This document shows positions 21,593 to 32,086 of a DNA stretch of 64,000 nt, in pieces. The stretch covers positions 391,425 to 455,424 of the forward strand of contig CAWKPI010000004.1 in the NCBI GenBank assembly GCA_963851455.1, written 5' to 3'. Numbering within the stretch: position 1 is the first letter of the stretch; every line of letters begins with the position of its first letter. The position numbers were made by a program, and so were the translations under genes. The notes under the pieces were generated by a model that did not search any database, was not told where the DNA came from, and worked only from the letters and a program-made list of their open reading frames with translations. The stretch is from an uncultured Nitrospiraceae bacterium (GTDB lineage: Bacteria; Nitrospirota; Nitrospiria; Nitrospirales; Nitrospiraceae).

Positions 21593-24500
21593 ATGCCTCG
21601 CATCGTAACCGGGCCTTTCCATCCCGCCCTTGAACTGGCCCTCATCGAAGAGATCCGTTCGCTCAAGACCTGCGATCCTTTTGCCCCGCTCGCGATCGTC
21701 GTTCCCTCCACTCCCTTGGCCGACCAGCTCAAACGGCTCCTGGCCATTGAGTCGCAGCTCCCCTTGCTCAATTGCTCTATCATGACCTTTCACCAATTCA
21801 CCCTGCGTCTGCGGGACGATCTTCTCGCAACCGGCGAGCCGCTGCCTCCGATGCAACTTGTCGACGACTTTTACTTTGAGCGGCTCGTCCGTCACGTCGT
21901 GGAACGGAAGCTGCCTGGCTTGGAGATTATGGCGCGCCTTCCTCCTTCACCAGGCACGTGGACTGCCCTGTGGTCGACGCTACGAGACCTCAAGGACGCG
22001 GCCGTCAACCCTTCCACGGTGCACAAGGCCGTGGCCGAAGGTCTCTTTGAAAGGGATGACCGGCCCTGGCTTCACGCATTATTCATGTTGATGGCTGCCG
22101 TGCTGGAAGGTAGCCGTGCACTCGGGGTAGGATCGGCCGACGACCTGTTATCGACGCTCAGTGACGCCCTCCCACGCTCCAGCCTCTTCATGGGGTTCAA
22201 GAGAATCTGCTACTACGGATTCTACGACCTGCTTCAGGTCCAACTCTCCTTCCTCGAAGCCGTGGCACGCTATGCGCCGGTGACATTGTATGTGCCGCTG
22301 GACACGACTCCACCTTATGAATTCGCCAGACGATTTTTCGACCGGCATCTGATGCCGCTGGCAGAATCGCAGGACATCCGGAACCAGCAACATCCGATCT
22401 CGATGAATCCCGTCGTCCTGTCGGTGACGAATGTCATTGGAGCAGAAGAGGAATTGGCTACAGTCTGCCGGGAGATCCTCACACTCGTCGAAGCGCATGG
22501 CTACCGCTTTGATGACATCGGGGTCGTCGCGCGATCGCTGGAGCCTTATCGGAGCAGGCTGCAATCGGTCTTCGATCGACACCACGTGCCCTTTACCTCC
22601 ACCGCGGGGCAACCGCTGTCGCGCGAACCGCTGGTCAAAGCGATCTTGCGTTTGGGCTCGCTGCCTCTGGACGACTTTGAACGATCGGCGCTCCTCGACG
22701 TGATCACTTCGCCGTTCTATCGCATCCAGCAGGGAAACCAACCAGCCATTGCACCGCGTCAGGACCAATGGCGTATCGCCGTGTCGACACTCGGCATCAC
22801 GAGAGGCCGGGCCGATTGGGAACGTCTCTCGGCTGCCTCCGCATCCTCGATCCTTGATGAGGCAGGGGGCATGGCTGACGAAGAGGACGGCACCAGGATC
22901 GGAGCGACGGACCCAGCGCAAGCTGTCTTGCTGGCTCTCATTGTCGCTCGCGTGATGCACGGTTGCGAGGCGCTCCCCACGCGCGGATCGGTCAACCGGT
23001 TGACCGATGCATTTCTGAGGCTCATTGAGGAGCACTTTGCGATCCCCGGCTGGAACGATGACGACAATGAAACGAGCGAGGAGAATCGTACCGTGGTTGT
23101 CGGTTCGCTGATCAAACAAGCTCTCGCGCGGGTGTCGGCGCTCGACCCTCTCTATACGGAACTGTCATGGGAAGAATGGATGGAACTGTTTCGTCGATCG
23201 CTGGAAGAGACGGTGCTGCCTTTGGAAGGCGACCAGCATCCAGGCGTGTCGGTTCTCGATGCGATGGAAGCCCGCGGCTTGCGCTTCCGCGCCCTCTTCG
23301 TCATCGGCCTCAACGAGCACATGTTCCCTCGATTCATCCGCGAAGACGCCTTCCTGCGTGACCGCCAGCGCCTGGTGCTGGCCTCAACGCTTGGATTTCT
23401 CATCGAAGAAAAGTTGGCCGGCCATGAGGAAGAGCGGCTTCTCTTCGAGTTCCTCTGCCGTGCGGCGACCCATGTGCTCTATCTGACCTACCAACGAGCT
23501 GATCAAGAAGGACTCGTCATGGCGCCTTCGGCTTTTTTCGATCGGGCGCTGCGCGACCCGATCCTCATCGCGGCACCAGAGAGGACGGTGGCCCGCCGAT
23601 TAACTGCTCGTGTGGCTGCACAGCCGACAATACAGGAACTGCTGCCCGCACAAGATCTCGCTCTCACGTTTCTCCTGCACGACCAGGATGCCGGGCCCCT
23701 GCTCGATTATACCGACCAGGATCGTGTGCTCTGTGAGAACGGCCTGGCAGCTCAGAAGGTCAAAGAAAGGGACTCGCCGGATCTCGGTCCGTTCGACGGC
23801 ATGCTCGGACCGCAGGCGGCGATCCGATCGCTTTTTGATCATCAAGGTGTCTCACCCACATCGCTCGAGCGGTATGCCTGCTGTCCTTTTCGGTTTTTTT
23901 CAGAAAACGTCCTTCGCCTTCAATCTGTAAGGCTGACTCAGGATGGTGCTCTCCTGCCTTTGACCGTGGGCACGCTCATTCACGACACGCTGCGCCTCAC
24001 CTATGAACGGTTGACATCCTCAGATTGGCCGAATGTCACGCTCGACGTAGCGCGCCTCCGGCAGACCGTCTCAACCGCAGCGACCACGGTGTTCTCCGCT
24101 CATTCGGCGACGCAAGGTACCGGCCATGAGTTGTTATGGACAATGACACAAGACCAGATTATTGATCTGGTGAACCAGACAGTGGCGTCCGATGAGGAGG
24201 AGTACCGAGCGAGTGGGTTCCGTCCCCATTCGTTCGAAACAGAAGCGGTGGGATTCGTGCAGCTCGGCACCTTGAAGTTGAAAGTCCGGGGTCAACTGGA
24301 TCGAATCGATGTCCGACCCGATCCTCCGGCTGTCCGCATTGTCGATTACAAGTTCAAGCAAGGGGCCGAGATGGGTCAGCAGGATCGAAATCTCGTGATC
24401 TCCGCCGTCCGTGGACTGAAGCTGCAACCTCCGATCTATGGGTCGATGACGATTCCCTCGCTTGCGACTCCATCCGAAGTGCAATTTCTCTATCTGGCGC

Positions 24501-24769
24501 CACAATGGGAACTACCAATCGCCCGTTCGACATTCGAGGTCTCGGCACTGACCGGCAAAACCGGCGCAGCCATTACCCATACAATCGGAACTCTTGTTCA
24601 AGGCATCGAGCGCCGGGAATTCTTCATTCTGCCGGACAGCTATTGCGACCACTGCGATTTTTCCGCCGCCTGCCGCCGGCACGACCAAACGGCCTGGTGG
24701 CGTTCTTACCGCTCACCGCAAGCGCGGGCCCTGCGTCGCTTGCGCAAGCAAAAGGTGCAGGATGACTGA
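21593..24769 (+). CDS. addB: AddB-like helicase-nuclease subunit (PD-(D/E)XK nuclease, Fe-S cysteines)
   Basis: YACCPF...CDHCDFSAAC; GQLDRID...VDYK; degenerate helicase part. Confidence 0.85.
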   Translation: MPRIVTGPFHPALELALIEEIRSLKTCDPFAPLAIVVPSTPLADQLKRLLAIESQLPLLNCSIMTFHQFTLRLRDDLLATGEPLPPMQLVDDFYFERLVRHVVERKLPGLEIMARLPPSPGTWTALWSTLRDLKDAAVNPSTVHKAVAEGLFERDDRPWLHALFMLMAAVLEGSRALGVGSADDLLSTLSDALPRSSLFMGFKRICYYGFYDLLQVQLSFLEAVARYAPVTLYVPLDTTPPYEFARRFFDRHLMPLAESQDIRNQQHPISMNPVVLSVTNVIGAEEELATVCREILTLVEAHGYRFDDIGVVARSLEPYRSRLQSVFDRHHVPFTSTAGQPLSREPLVKAILRLGSLPLDDFERSALLDVITSPFYRIQQGNQPAIAPRQDQWRIAVSTLGITRGRADWERLSAASASSILDEAGGMADEEDGTRIGATDPAQAVLLALIVARVMHGCEALPTRGSVNRLTDAFLRLIEEHFAIPGWNDDDNETSEENRTVVVGSLIKQALARVSALDPLYTELSWEEWMELFRRSLEETVLPLEGDQHPGVSVLDAMEARGLRFRALFVIGLNEHMFPRFIREDAFLRDRQRLVLASTLGFLIEEKLAGHEEERLLFEFLCRAATHVLYLTYQRADQEGLVMAPSAFFDRALRDPILIAAPERTVARRLTARVAAQPTIQELLPAQDLALTFLLHDQDAGPLLDYTDQDRVLCENGLAAQKVKERDSPDLGPFDGMLGPQAAIRSLFDHQGVSPTSLERYACCPFRFFSENVLRLQSVRLTQDGALLPLTVGTLIHDTLRLTYERLTSSDWPNVTLDVARLRQTVSTAATTVFSAHSATQGTGHELLWTMTQDQIIDLVNQTVASDEEEYRASGFRPHSFETEAVGFVQLGTLKLKVRGQLDRIDVRPDPPAVRIVDYKFKQGAEMGQQDRNLVISAVRGLKLQPPIYGSMTIPSLATPSEVQFLYLAPQWELPIARSTFEVSALTGKTGAAITHTIGTLVQGIERREFFILPDSYCDHCDFSAACRRHDQTAWWRSYRSPQARALRRLRKQKVQDD

Positions 24770-27700
24770 AAGGCCCATCCTTACGGATGCACAGGATCGG
24801 CTCCTGGCGGAAACCACCTGGAACCGGAACATTGTTGTGGTGGCTGGCGCCGGAACCGGCAAGACGACGATCCTGGTCAACCGCATCCTGAATCTCCTGA
24901 TGCGAGAGCCCGAGCCCTTGGCAATGACCGAGATCGTGGCTCTCACCTTCACCAATAAGGCCGCGACCGAGATGAAACAACGGCTTCGGCGGGAACTGAC
25001 CAAGCTCGCTGAGCAGGCGGACGATTCCCTGATGGCTCTCTTTCGTTCGCGGTATCAACTCTCGACTCAGGCCGTGACCGACCGGGCATCCACTGCGCTC
25101 GGTCACATGGAAAAATCCCAGATCGGCACGCTCCATAGTTTTGCGGCGCACCTCTTACGATTGCACCCGCTTGAATCAGGGATCGACCCATCTTTTCAAG
25201 AGGATGAGGGGTCCAGATTCAATGAATTGTTTGAGTCTCGCTGGGAAATCTGGATCGCTGAAGAGCTCGGCAACCGCGGGCGACGGCATGATCAGTGGCG
25301 TCAGGTGCTGAGGGTGACCAATTTAGAGGATCTTCGCCAGCTTGCTCAGATTCTGGCCAGCGAATCGATCGATCTCAATGAGCTGGAACGGCAATGTGGA
25401 ACCTCTCTCATGAACGAGACCTTGCGCCAGTGGCTGACGGACATGCGAGACAGGGTGTCAGGCCTGCTGTCGACAAGAGCGAATGCGAAGCAATTGAAGA
25501 CGGAACGAATGCTCTCGGCCACGGAACGGTTTTTTTCGATCCTGCTGGAACAAGGCACAGAGGCGCTCACTCGGCTTTCGTGTGATGATCGGACATGGTT
25601 GCAGAAGGATATCGGTAAGGCGACGGCAGGATGGGACACTGCTGCGTTTGCCCAAGCAAAGGCCATTTTGACCGTCGCACAGCACCTTCTGGCCGTCGAT
25701 CAACGATCCATACAGGAGACGATAGTCCTGCTCCGTCCGTTTCTCACTGGCCTTCACCAAGCCTTCTCCGCATCCGGCTGGATCTCCTTCGATGGACTTT
25801 TAGCCCGCGCCAAGGTGCTGTTGCGTGATCATCTCTCCGTGCGAGCGAGGATCAAACAGACCTATCGCGCCATCTTAGTGGATGAATTCCAAGACACGGA
25901 TCCGGTGCAGTACGAAATCATGCTGTACTTGGCCGAGGATCAGAGAAGCATGAAAACATCCTGGGATGAATTGGAGCTGGAGCCGGGGAAGCTCTTCATC
26001 GTCGGCGATCCCAAACAATCCATCTACGCGTTCCGCCGGGCCGACATTGAGGCATTTGAGCGGGTGCTCCAAAAGATTGTACACGGCGGCGGTATCGCCT
26101 ACTCATTGAGAACAAATTTCCGGAGCGATGGATCGGTGCTGACGGTGGTGAACGAACTGTTCGATCGGCTCTTCGAGGTGAAGGACCATATTCAACCCTC
26201 GAACGAACGACTCACACCGAGGCCTCAACGAAAAGCGGAACTGTCATTGTCCGGCGTGCAGATCCGCTTGGTCACGGGTGACGGCGAGGAGGAGTTCGAC
26301 GCGGCGGCGGCCACCAGAGCCGAAGCGGAGGGACTTGCGCACTGGATGAAAGAGGAACTGCTCGCAGGAACGAGAGTGATTAATCGGGACGGGCAGTCGG
26401 CCCCGTTGCAACCAGGCCACATCGCGCTGATCTTTCGAAGGCTCACGCAGGCACAAGATTATCTCGACGCCTTGCGCCGCTATGACATCCCGTACCTGAC
26501 AGACGGAGAGAAGCATTTTTATCGACGCCAGGAAATCGTCGATCTGGTCAACGTGCTCCGCGTCATCGAGAACCCTCACGACCTGATTGCCCTAGTCGGA
26601 TTGCTTCGATCTCCGCTCGCCGGAGTCTCCGACCAGGACCTGCTGACGCTGCAACAGATCGGGGGCCTAGACATTACCAATTATTCTGCCCTCTCACGTT
26701 GGTCTCATCCGCAGGCGGCGGTGCTCAAGTCTCTCTATGCACGCCTGGCTGAACTCCATCGAATCGCGCCGAGAATCCCGGTCCCCGATGTCCTGACCCA
26801 GATCTTTGATCGACTGCCGGTGACGGAGCTCGCTGCTGCCTCGATGCACGGCGAGCAGGCCGTGGCCAATCTGCTCAAGGTTCGCGATATCGCGGAGGAG
26901 GTGGCCGATCGTCCCCGCGTCACACTGACTGGATTCGTCGAGCTCATGATGCAACGCTTACTGGATCAACCGGAGGAGGCAGAAAGCGCCCTCTCCGAAG
27001 CGTCGCTGGATGCCGTGCGTGTCCTAACGATTCACAAGGCGAAGGGGCTGGAGTTTCCCGTTGTCGTACTTCCCGGCCTACATCAAGGGTCGCGAAATCC
27101 GCGCAAAGGGCCGGCGGTACATTACGATTGGTCCAGTCGCTGTTACGGTGTGACGATTGGGGCGCAGTGCAACGTCGGTTCAGTGATGGTGGCAAACAAG
27201 ATGGCCGCACGCGAAGAAGCGGAACAACGCCGTTTGCTCTACGTCGGCATGACCAGAGCGCGCGATCTGCTCATACTGTCGGGTGGTCGGCCTCAAAGAG
27301 CGGGACGGGATACGGTGTGGTCGATGTTGCAACAGGCTATGGGCGCAGAAGTCCTGTCGAATGATAACGAGATCCTCGATGTGGCCACGGGACGCATCAC
27401 CAGGGTCGTCAAGCCTGGATCGATGACCACGAGGCGCCGGCCTTCGAAAGTCGTTTCATCCCTCCCAAATCCGGCACTGACGCCGCTGCTGGAACGGCAG
27501 CGAGTCCGGCGCGAACAGTGGTCGCTGTTACGCCGGACGCCCAAGAGACTCACCCCATCAATGATGCAAGAAGCAGAACGCTTTGTCGGTTCCGAGTTTT
27601 CCAGAGGTGAGCGAGGAGCAAGTCATGCACAAGCGGTGGGCATCTGTGCACACGCGCTCCTCGAGCGATGGGACTTCACAAGAACTGAGCCACCCACAGC

Positions 27701-28106
27701 GGCCGAAATAGCAATACTCTGTCAGCGCCTCGTGCCGCCCGACACCCATGAAGTGACGACCATTCCGGATGACCTGGCTGTCCTCATGCATACCTTCATC
27801 TCCTCAGATTTCTATCAGACTCTCCAGCGGGCCACTATCCTCGGCAGAGAAACTCCCTTCATCATCCCCTGGAAAAAACAACAAATCATGGAGGGGGTGA
27901 TCGACCTTATCTATCGGCTTGACGGGCGAACCTGGATTGCGGACTATAAGACGGATCAAGTCACTGAATCAGAAGCACCGACGAGGGCCAGCCGCTACTC
28001 CCAGCAGGCTGCCATCTACCGTGAAGCGGCGATTCGTTGTTTGGGATTATCACAGGTGTCGTTTCAATTTCTGTTTCTCAGGGCAGGGGTGAGCGTGGAG
28101 GTCTAA
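24762..28106 (+). CDS. addA: AddA-like UvrD helicase-nuclease
   Basis: AGAGTGKT, TFTNKAA, VDEFQD, GDPKQSIY, TIHKAKGLEF, LLYVGMTRA, GVIDL...DYKT. Confidence 0.9.
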   Translation: MTERPILTDAQDRLLAETTWNRNIVVVAGAGTGKTTILVNRILNLLMREPEPLAMTEIVALTFTNKAATEMKQRLRRELTKLAEQADDSLMALFRSRYQLSTQAVTDRASTALGHMEKSQIGTLHSFAAHLLRLHPLESGIDPSFQEDEGSRFNELFESRWEIWIAEELGNRGRRHDQWRQVLRVTNLEDLRQLAQILASESIDLNELERQCGTSLMNETLRQWLTDMRDRVSGLLSTRANAKQLKTERMLSATERFFSILLEQGTEALTRLSCDDRTWLQKDIGKATAGWDTAAFAQAKAILTVAQHLLAVDQRSIQETIVLLRPFLTGLHQAFSASGWISFDGLLARAKVLLRDHLSVRARIKQTYRAILVDEFQDTDPVQYEIMLYLAEDQRSMKTSWDELELEPGKLFIVGDPKQSIYAFRRADIEAFERVLQKIVHGGGIAYSLRTNFRSDGSVLTVVNELFDRLFEVKDHIQPSNERLTPRPQRKAELSLSGVQIRLVTGDGEEEFDAAAATRAEAEGLAHWMKEELLAGTRVINRDGQSAPLQPGHIALIFRRLTQAQDYLDALRRYDIPYLTDGEKHFYRRQEIVDLVNVLRVIENPHDLIALVGLLRSPLAGVSDQDLLTLQQIGGLDITNYSALSRWSHPQAAVLKSLYARLAELHRIAPRIPVPDVLTQIFDRLPVTELAAASMHGEQAVANLLKVRDIAEEVADRPRVTLTGFVELMMQRLLDQPEEAESALSEASLDAVRVLTIHKAKGLEFPVVVLPGLHQGSRNPRKGPAVHYDWSSRCYGVTIGAQCNVGSVMVANKMAAREEAEQRRLLYVGMTRARDLLILSGGRPQRAGRDTVWSMLQQAMGAEVLSNDNEILDVATGRITRVVKPGSMTTRRRPSKVVSSLPNPALTPLLERQRVRREQWSLLRRTPKRLTPSMMQEAERFVGSEFSRGERGASHAQAVGICAHALLERWDFTRTEPPTAAEIAILCQRLVPPDTHEVTTIPDDLAVLMHTFISSDFYQTLQRATILGRETPFIIPWKKQQIMEGVIDLIYRLDGRTWIADYKTDQVTESEAPTRASRYSQQAAIYREAAIRCLGLSQVSFQFLFLRAGVSVEV

Positions 28107-28115
28107 CAGGAGGTC

Positions 28116-28535
28116 ATGATGCGGCGCACATTGCTGACGGTGTTGCTCCTTTCTCTCTTTCTGGGTTGTTCGACTCGCTCGACTAGAGTCAGCAATGTAT
28201 TGGCAGCCCCCAGTGGCACTAGCCCGACAGTGGCCACGCAGCTTGAAAAGGGGAACACGCTGTTTGCCTCCCGCGATTACGCTGGCGCCGAGCAAGCTTT
28301 TCGACAAACCATCACCGCCGATCCCACATTGGCTGAAGCGCACTACAACCTGGCACTGACCCTCGATCGCGCGGGTAACCAAGCGGAAGCGAAGAAACAC
28401 TACATTGAAGCAGCCAATTTGGCGCCAGGCCACAAGATCATTTGGGATTCCCCTCCACTTCGGGAGCAAACAGGCGGGCTGAATTACGACATCAACAAGA
28501 AGTCATACTTGGACCCCACCAATCGTGGATATTAA
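28116..28535 (+). CDS. TPR lipoprotein
   Basis: Lipobox FLGC; AEAHYNLA TPR. Confidence 0.85.
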   Translation: MMRRTLLTVLLLSLFLGCSTRSTRVSNVLAAPSGTSPTVATQLEKGNTLFASRDYAGAEQAFRQTITADPTLAEAHYNLALTLDRAGNQAEAKKHYIEAANLAPGHKIIWDSPPLREQTGGLNYDINKKSYLDPTNRGY

Positions 28536-28537
28536 CC

Positions 28538-28921
28538 ATGACACGGAAGCCGCGGCGTGGTTTTTCACAGGAGGAATTCGGCACGCTCGTGCAGCAGGCT
28601 CTGGCCGATTTGCCGCCTCCCTATGCCCGGTTGGCGCAAGAGGTATCGGTCGTCGTGGAAGAAGAACCTCCACCCGACGTCCTTGCAGATCTTGAGCTGG
28701 ATTCCGCAGACGACCTGCTCGGTCTCTACCAAGGCTTATCACTAGCCGAAGAATCATTCTTCCAACCAGGCGGACAACAACCGGCACGCATTGCAATTTA
28801 CCGCGGACCGATTCTGCGCCTGTGCGATACGGCAGAGGAGGTCAGACAAGAGATTCGAGACACCGTGGTCCACGAACTGGGACACCACGTTGGGCTTGAT
28901 GACGATGAGATGCCGTACTAG
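28538..28921 (+). CDS. Zincin-like metallopeptidase (DUF1025-type)
   Basis: LLGLYQG, IAIYRGPI, TVVHELGHH. Confidence 0.88.
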   Translation: MTRKPRRGFSQEEFGTLVQQALADLPPPYARLAQEVSVVVEEEPPPDVLADLELDSADDLLGLYQGLSLAEESFFQPGGQQPARIAIYRGPILRLCDTAEEVRQEIRDTVVHELGHHVGLDDDEMPY

Positions 28922-29119
28922 GAAGCCGCAGCTGCAATGGCTAGGGTGATTGTAGTCCCGTCCATCAAGCAAAGAGCGCTTCCAGCCGCTTAGCGATCAT
29001 GTGGCAGCAGTGGCGCCCGGTCGATTAATTGCGATCGATCTTGATCGTCACAAACTCGTGGCTTCAAACAGGAGGGCGTGGTCTCGGAAGACCTTCTTGG
29101 ACGCCCGCAGTCATTCACG

Positions 29120-29953
29120 CTACTGCGGCTTGAAGGAAGGGTTATTCGTTCGCTGAGCCAACGCTCGTCGTTGATACCCGAGACTCAGCATCGAGACACC
29201 GATCACGATCATGGGCAACGAGAGCATTTGTCCCATGGAGAGGGACCCGAAGATAAAGCCGATGTGCGCGTCCGGTTCGCGAAACAATTCAACCACGATA
29301 CGGCACAACCCATAGCCGGTCAGAAAACTCCAAAAGATCGTGCCGGGCGGGTTGTCTCTTCTACCGATCAGCCAGAGTATCGTAAATAAGAGGACCCCTT
29401 CGAGGCTGGCTTCATACAGCTGCGACGGATGACGACAGACCGGTCCTCCCGACGGAAAGACCATGCACCAATCGACGTCTGTGGCCCGTCCGTACAGTTC
29501 TCCATTAATAAAATTGCCGAGGCGGCCGAATCCCAAGCCGATCGGCGTGACGCTCGCGGCAAGGTCGGCGATCGTATAAATCGGGATGCCCTGCCGCCTG
29601 CTGAACCAGCTTAGCGATACAATTGTGCCGAGCAACCCTCCGTGAAATGACATCCCGCCTTCCCACACGGCAAAGAACTTGAGTGGATGCTGGACATAAT
29701 AGGAAAAGTTGTAGAAGAGAGTGTAGCCCAGACGACCCCCGATAAAGACCCCTAAGGCAGCCCACACGATCATGTCATAGATCTGATCCTTCGAGATCGG
29801 GAGCCCCTTCTCCGAAACCTTTCGCTGAATGAGAAAGTAGGCGGCAGTCAGGCCGATCAAGTACATGAGACCGTACCAACGGAACTGCAGAGGGCCGATT
29901 TCAAAGAAGACGGGGCTAATGTTGGGGTAGGGGATGGCTTGCAGCCAACTCAT
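29120..29953 (-). CDS. lgt: Prolipoprotein diacylglyceryl transferase
   Basis: RWYG, GGRLGY, GGMSFHGG, GRLGNFINGELYG, HPSQLYE. Confidence 0.97.
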   Translation of the reverse strand: MSWLQAIPYPNISPVFFEIGPLQFRWYGLMYLIGLTAAYFLIQRKVSEKGLPISKDQIYDMIVWAALGVFIGGRLGYTLFYNFSYYVQHPLKFFAVWEGGMSFHGGLLGTIVSLSWFSRRQGIPIYTIADLAASVTPIGLGFGRLGNFINGELYGRATDVDWCMVFPSGGPVCRHPSQLYEASLEGVLLFTILWLIGRRDNPPGTIFWSFLTGYGLCRIVVELFREPDAHIGFIFGSLSMGQMLSLPMIVIGVSMLSLGYQRRALAQRTNNPSFKPQ

Positions 29954-30205
29954 TCTCGCCTCATGTGGCATTGTGGCTGGATCATAAGTGACACCCCCAT
30001 GCATTGCAAGCGCGACGGTCTCCCCGTTTGACTCCATCCAAATAGGCTCTGGATGCCGCTGTCACTCGATTCCTGCTTTCGTCTGTTGGTTTTCCGTCAC
30101 GACTGTGTCCATTGGTGTGAGAAAAACTCCACCGAAAATTAAGCGGTATTAATCGTGGGAACTCCCTTCAAACATTTTTTCCCGTAATTACTCTTCGTCA
30201 TCATC

Positions 30206-30221
30206 TGGCACGCTTGATGCT
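30206..30221 (+). promoter_or_regulatory. Sigma54-type promoter TGGCAC-GCTTG-ATGCT
   Basis: GG-N10-GC, about 70 bp upstream of the YtxH gene. Confidence 0.55.
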
Positions 30222-30290
30222 GAGGGGAATGAGCAGGAATGTCAGGGAGCTGTAATCACAATTCTCTTAACCGTTCCGAAGGAGGTTGTC

Positions 30291-30542
30291 ATGTCAGACC
30301 AGGGAACAAATGGTGCTGGTGCAAATGGCGCTCGATGGGTTGCATTGATTGCAGGAGGTGCGGTCGTGGGAGCCGGAATCGGACTCCTGTTCGCACCCCA
30401 GGCTGGAACAGAAACTCGGCGTGAAATCGCCCGGTACGCCAAGAAGGCGCAGGTGCAGGCAACTCGTTTGAGCCGTGCGGTGCAGTCCGGCGTGAAGGAA
30501 GTGATGGATCGCACGAAGCGGCCCGTAAGCGAAGCGGCATAA
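30291..30542 (+). CDS. YtxH-domain protein
   Basis: GAVVGAGIGLLFAPQAGTETR; AGGAGG RBS. Confidence 0.88.
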   Translation: MSDQGTNGAGANGARWVALIAGGAVVGAGIGLLFAPQAGTETRREIARYAKKAQVQATRLSRAVQSGVKEVMDRTKRPVSEAA

Positions 30543-30755
30543 CGGTACGGTAAGACCTTAGCCTCGACCTCGAGAATGTTTTCTCCGCATTCGGCCTGCT
30601 GCCAGGAATGGCACAGGCTGTTTGCGTTTGCCTTCCGATCTTGACCGACTCCCACTGTGATGTGAGAGTCCGTCACCAAGTGTGATCTTTCGCTGCAACA
30701 TCCTTCCAACCACACCGACGCTATGCTAACCTCCGGCTGTCGTATGAGCCTGCAT

Positions 30756-30843
30756 GCGGGTGTGGTGGAATGGCAGACACCCAGGACTTAAAATCCTGTG
30801 GCTCGAAAGGGCCGTATCGGTTCAAGTCCGATCACCCGCACCA
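30756..30843 (+). tRNA. tRNA-Leu(TAA)
   Basis: GCGGGTG/CACCCGC acceptor stem, CAGGA-CTTAAAA-TCCTG, long variable arm, GGTTCAAGTCC, encoded CCA. Confidence 0.96.
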
Positions 30844-31061
30844 GACTTCAATCAACAAGATTTGTTGTTCTCCGCCATCGATAAGATCATCACAGAAGAC
30901 GTTGACGAGTCAGTCATGCCGATGAAGGGTCACATGGAAGAAGATGGTGGATCAGAGGGTAGATCTTGCAAGGCCGCGTAAGCTGTATATAGCCCAGACC
31001 TCTACTTAATAATTCCCTGCATTCGTAAACAAACCAAAGGCCGGTCTGATGAGCGTATCCG

Positions 31062-31310
31062 TCAGGCCGCTCGATACTGAGATCGTGACATCGATGACGG
31101 CAGATGGCCTTTCGTTGAAGAAAAAGTAGAGTTTTTTGAACGGAAGTGCTTGAGATTTTGTAGATGATCAGCCTCCGTATCGAGAATGTGCAACTGCTCT
31201 CGAAGCGTCACCAAATCCACGTCAGATAGAGCCTCGCCTTTGGAGCGAAGCTGGTGAAACAGGCCCTTCCCTTGGGAGACAAATTCGCTAACGGCGCGTC
31301 GAATGTCCAT
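31062..31310 (-). CDS. Small helical hypothetical protein
   Basis: GGAGG RBS; amphipathic helices. Confidence 0.55.
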   Translation of the reverse strand: MDIRRAVSEFVSQGKGLFHQLRSKGEALSDVDLVTLREQLHILDTEADHLQNLKHFRSKNSTFSSTKGHLPSSMSRSQYRAA

Positions 31311-31563
31311 AATTAAGGGCCTCCGTCCCTTGTTGAGTCATGAGCTTTGGACCGGTACAAACTTCGTTGCCTGTCTCTCTAATATCCATGGCGTCTGCCA
31401 AGTCTAAAAACTAGGCGATTCCCTAGTTTAGTGCTCTCCCCAGAGGTCATGAATTCTCCCCCTTCGCTCGTCCAAGGAGTGACCAAAAGACGTGGAGCGC
31501 TTGCTTTGTAAAAATTGAACCGGTCTCCGGAAGTTGCATGGGAGGATGAGATGCCCGAATCGA

Positions 31564-31938
31564 TTATGCCCGAATATGGAGGTGATCGATGAAGACAGGT
31601 TTTTCGCTGGACGTTGCTCTGCGGGACTCTACATATCGTCGTAACCGCGCTCGCTCTTGCTGATTGACTTGGATGACTTCGACCGTGATCCAATGATTTT
31701 GAACCCGCCTGACTTCTGCCAGACCGATGTTTATACTTGCGGACTCATCGTCCAACCAGAGACGAACTTTAACAAAGTCGCCTGGAATCAACAGATCGGG
31801 CGTCGCCACTTGTGTCCTGGATTCATTGAACGTGAGTACACACCCGTCGGCTTCGAGTTGTTGGTGCACTCGTGCCAACATGCAGTCAATCGTCAGATTT
31901 GGAGTCGCCCAACAGGTCTGTTGTTTCCCTAAGGCCAT
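31564..31938 (-). CDS. Degenerate PilZ-like protein
   Basis: PGDFVKVRLWL...LAEVRRV...ERARLRRYV pattern; no RxxxR or DxSxxG. Confidence 0.6.
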   Translation of the reverse strand: MALGKQQTCWATPNLTIDCMLARVHQQLEADGCVLTFNESRTQVATPDLLIPGDFVKVRLWLDDESASINIGLAEVRRVQNHWITVEVIQVNQQERARLRRYVESRRATSSEKPVFIDHLHIRA

Positions 31939-32086
31939 ACGTGTGGCTAGGGTAATGCGCATAAGGCTGGTCTGACTATCCCTCAAGAGGAGGGGGGAGG
32001 AAACCCAAAGAGGGAGGGGAAACTGCTATAAAGCTGCGGAACTCTGGCCGTGACAATTTTCCGCAACTCCAACGAAAGGAAAATCG

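Noticed and set aside
30609-30625. TGGCAC...TTGC as a sigma54 promoter
   Set aside because: GG to GC spacing is 12, not 10.
30754-30981. 75-aa ORF
   Set aside because: Overlaps tRNA-Leu.
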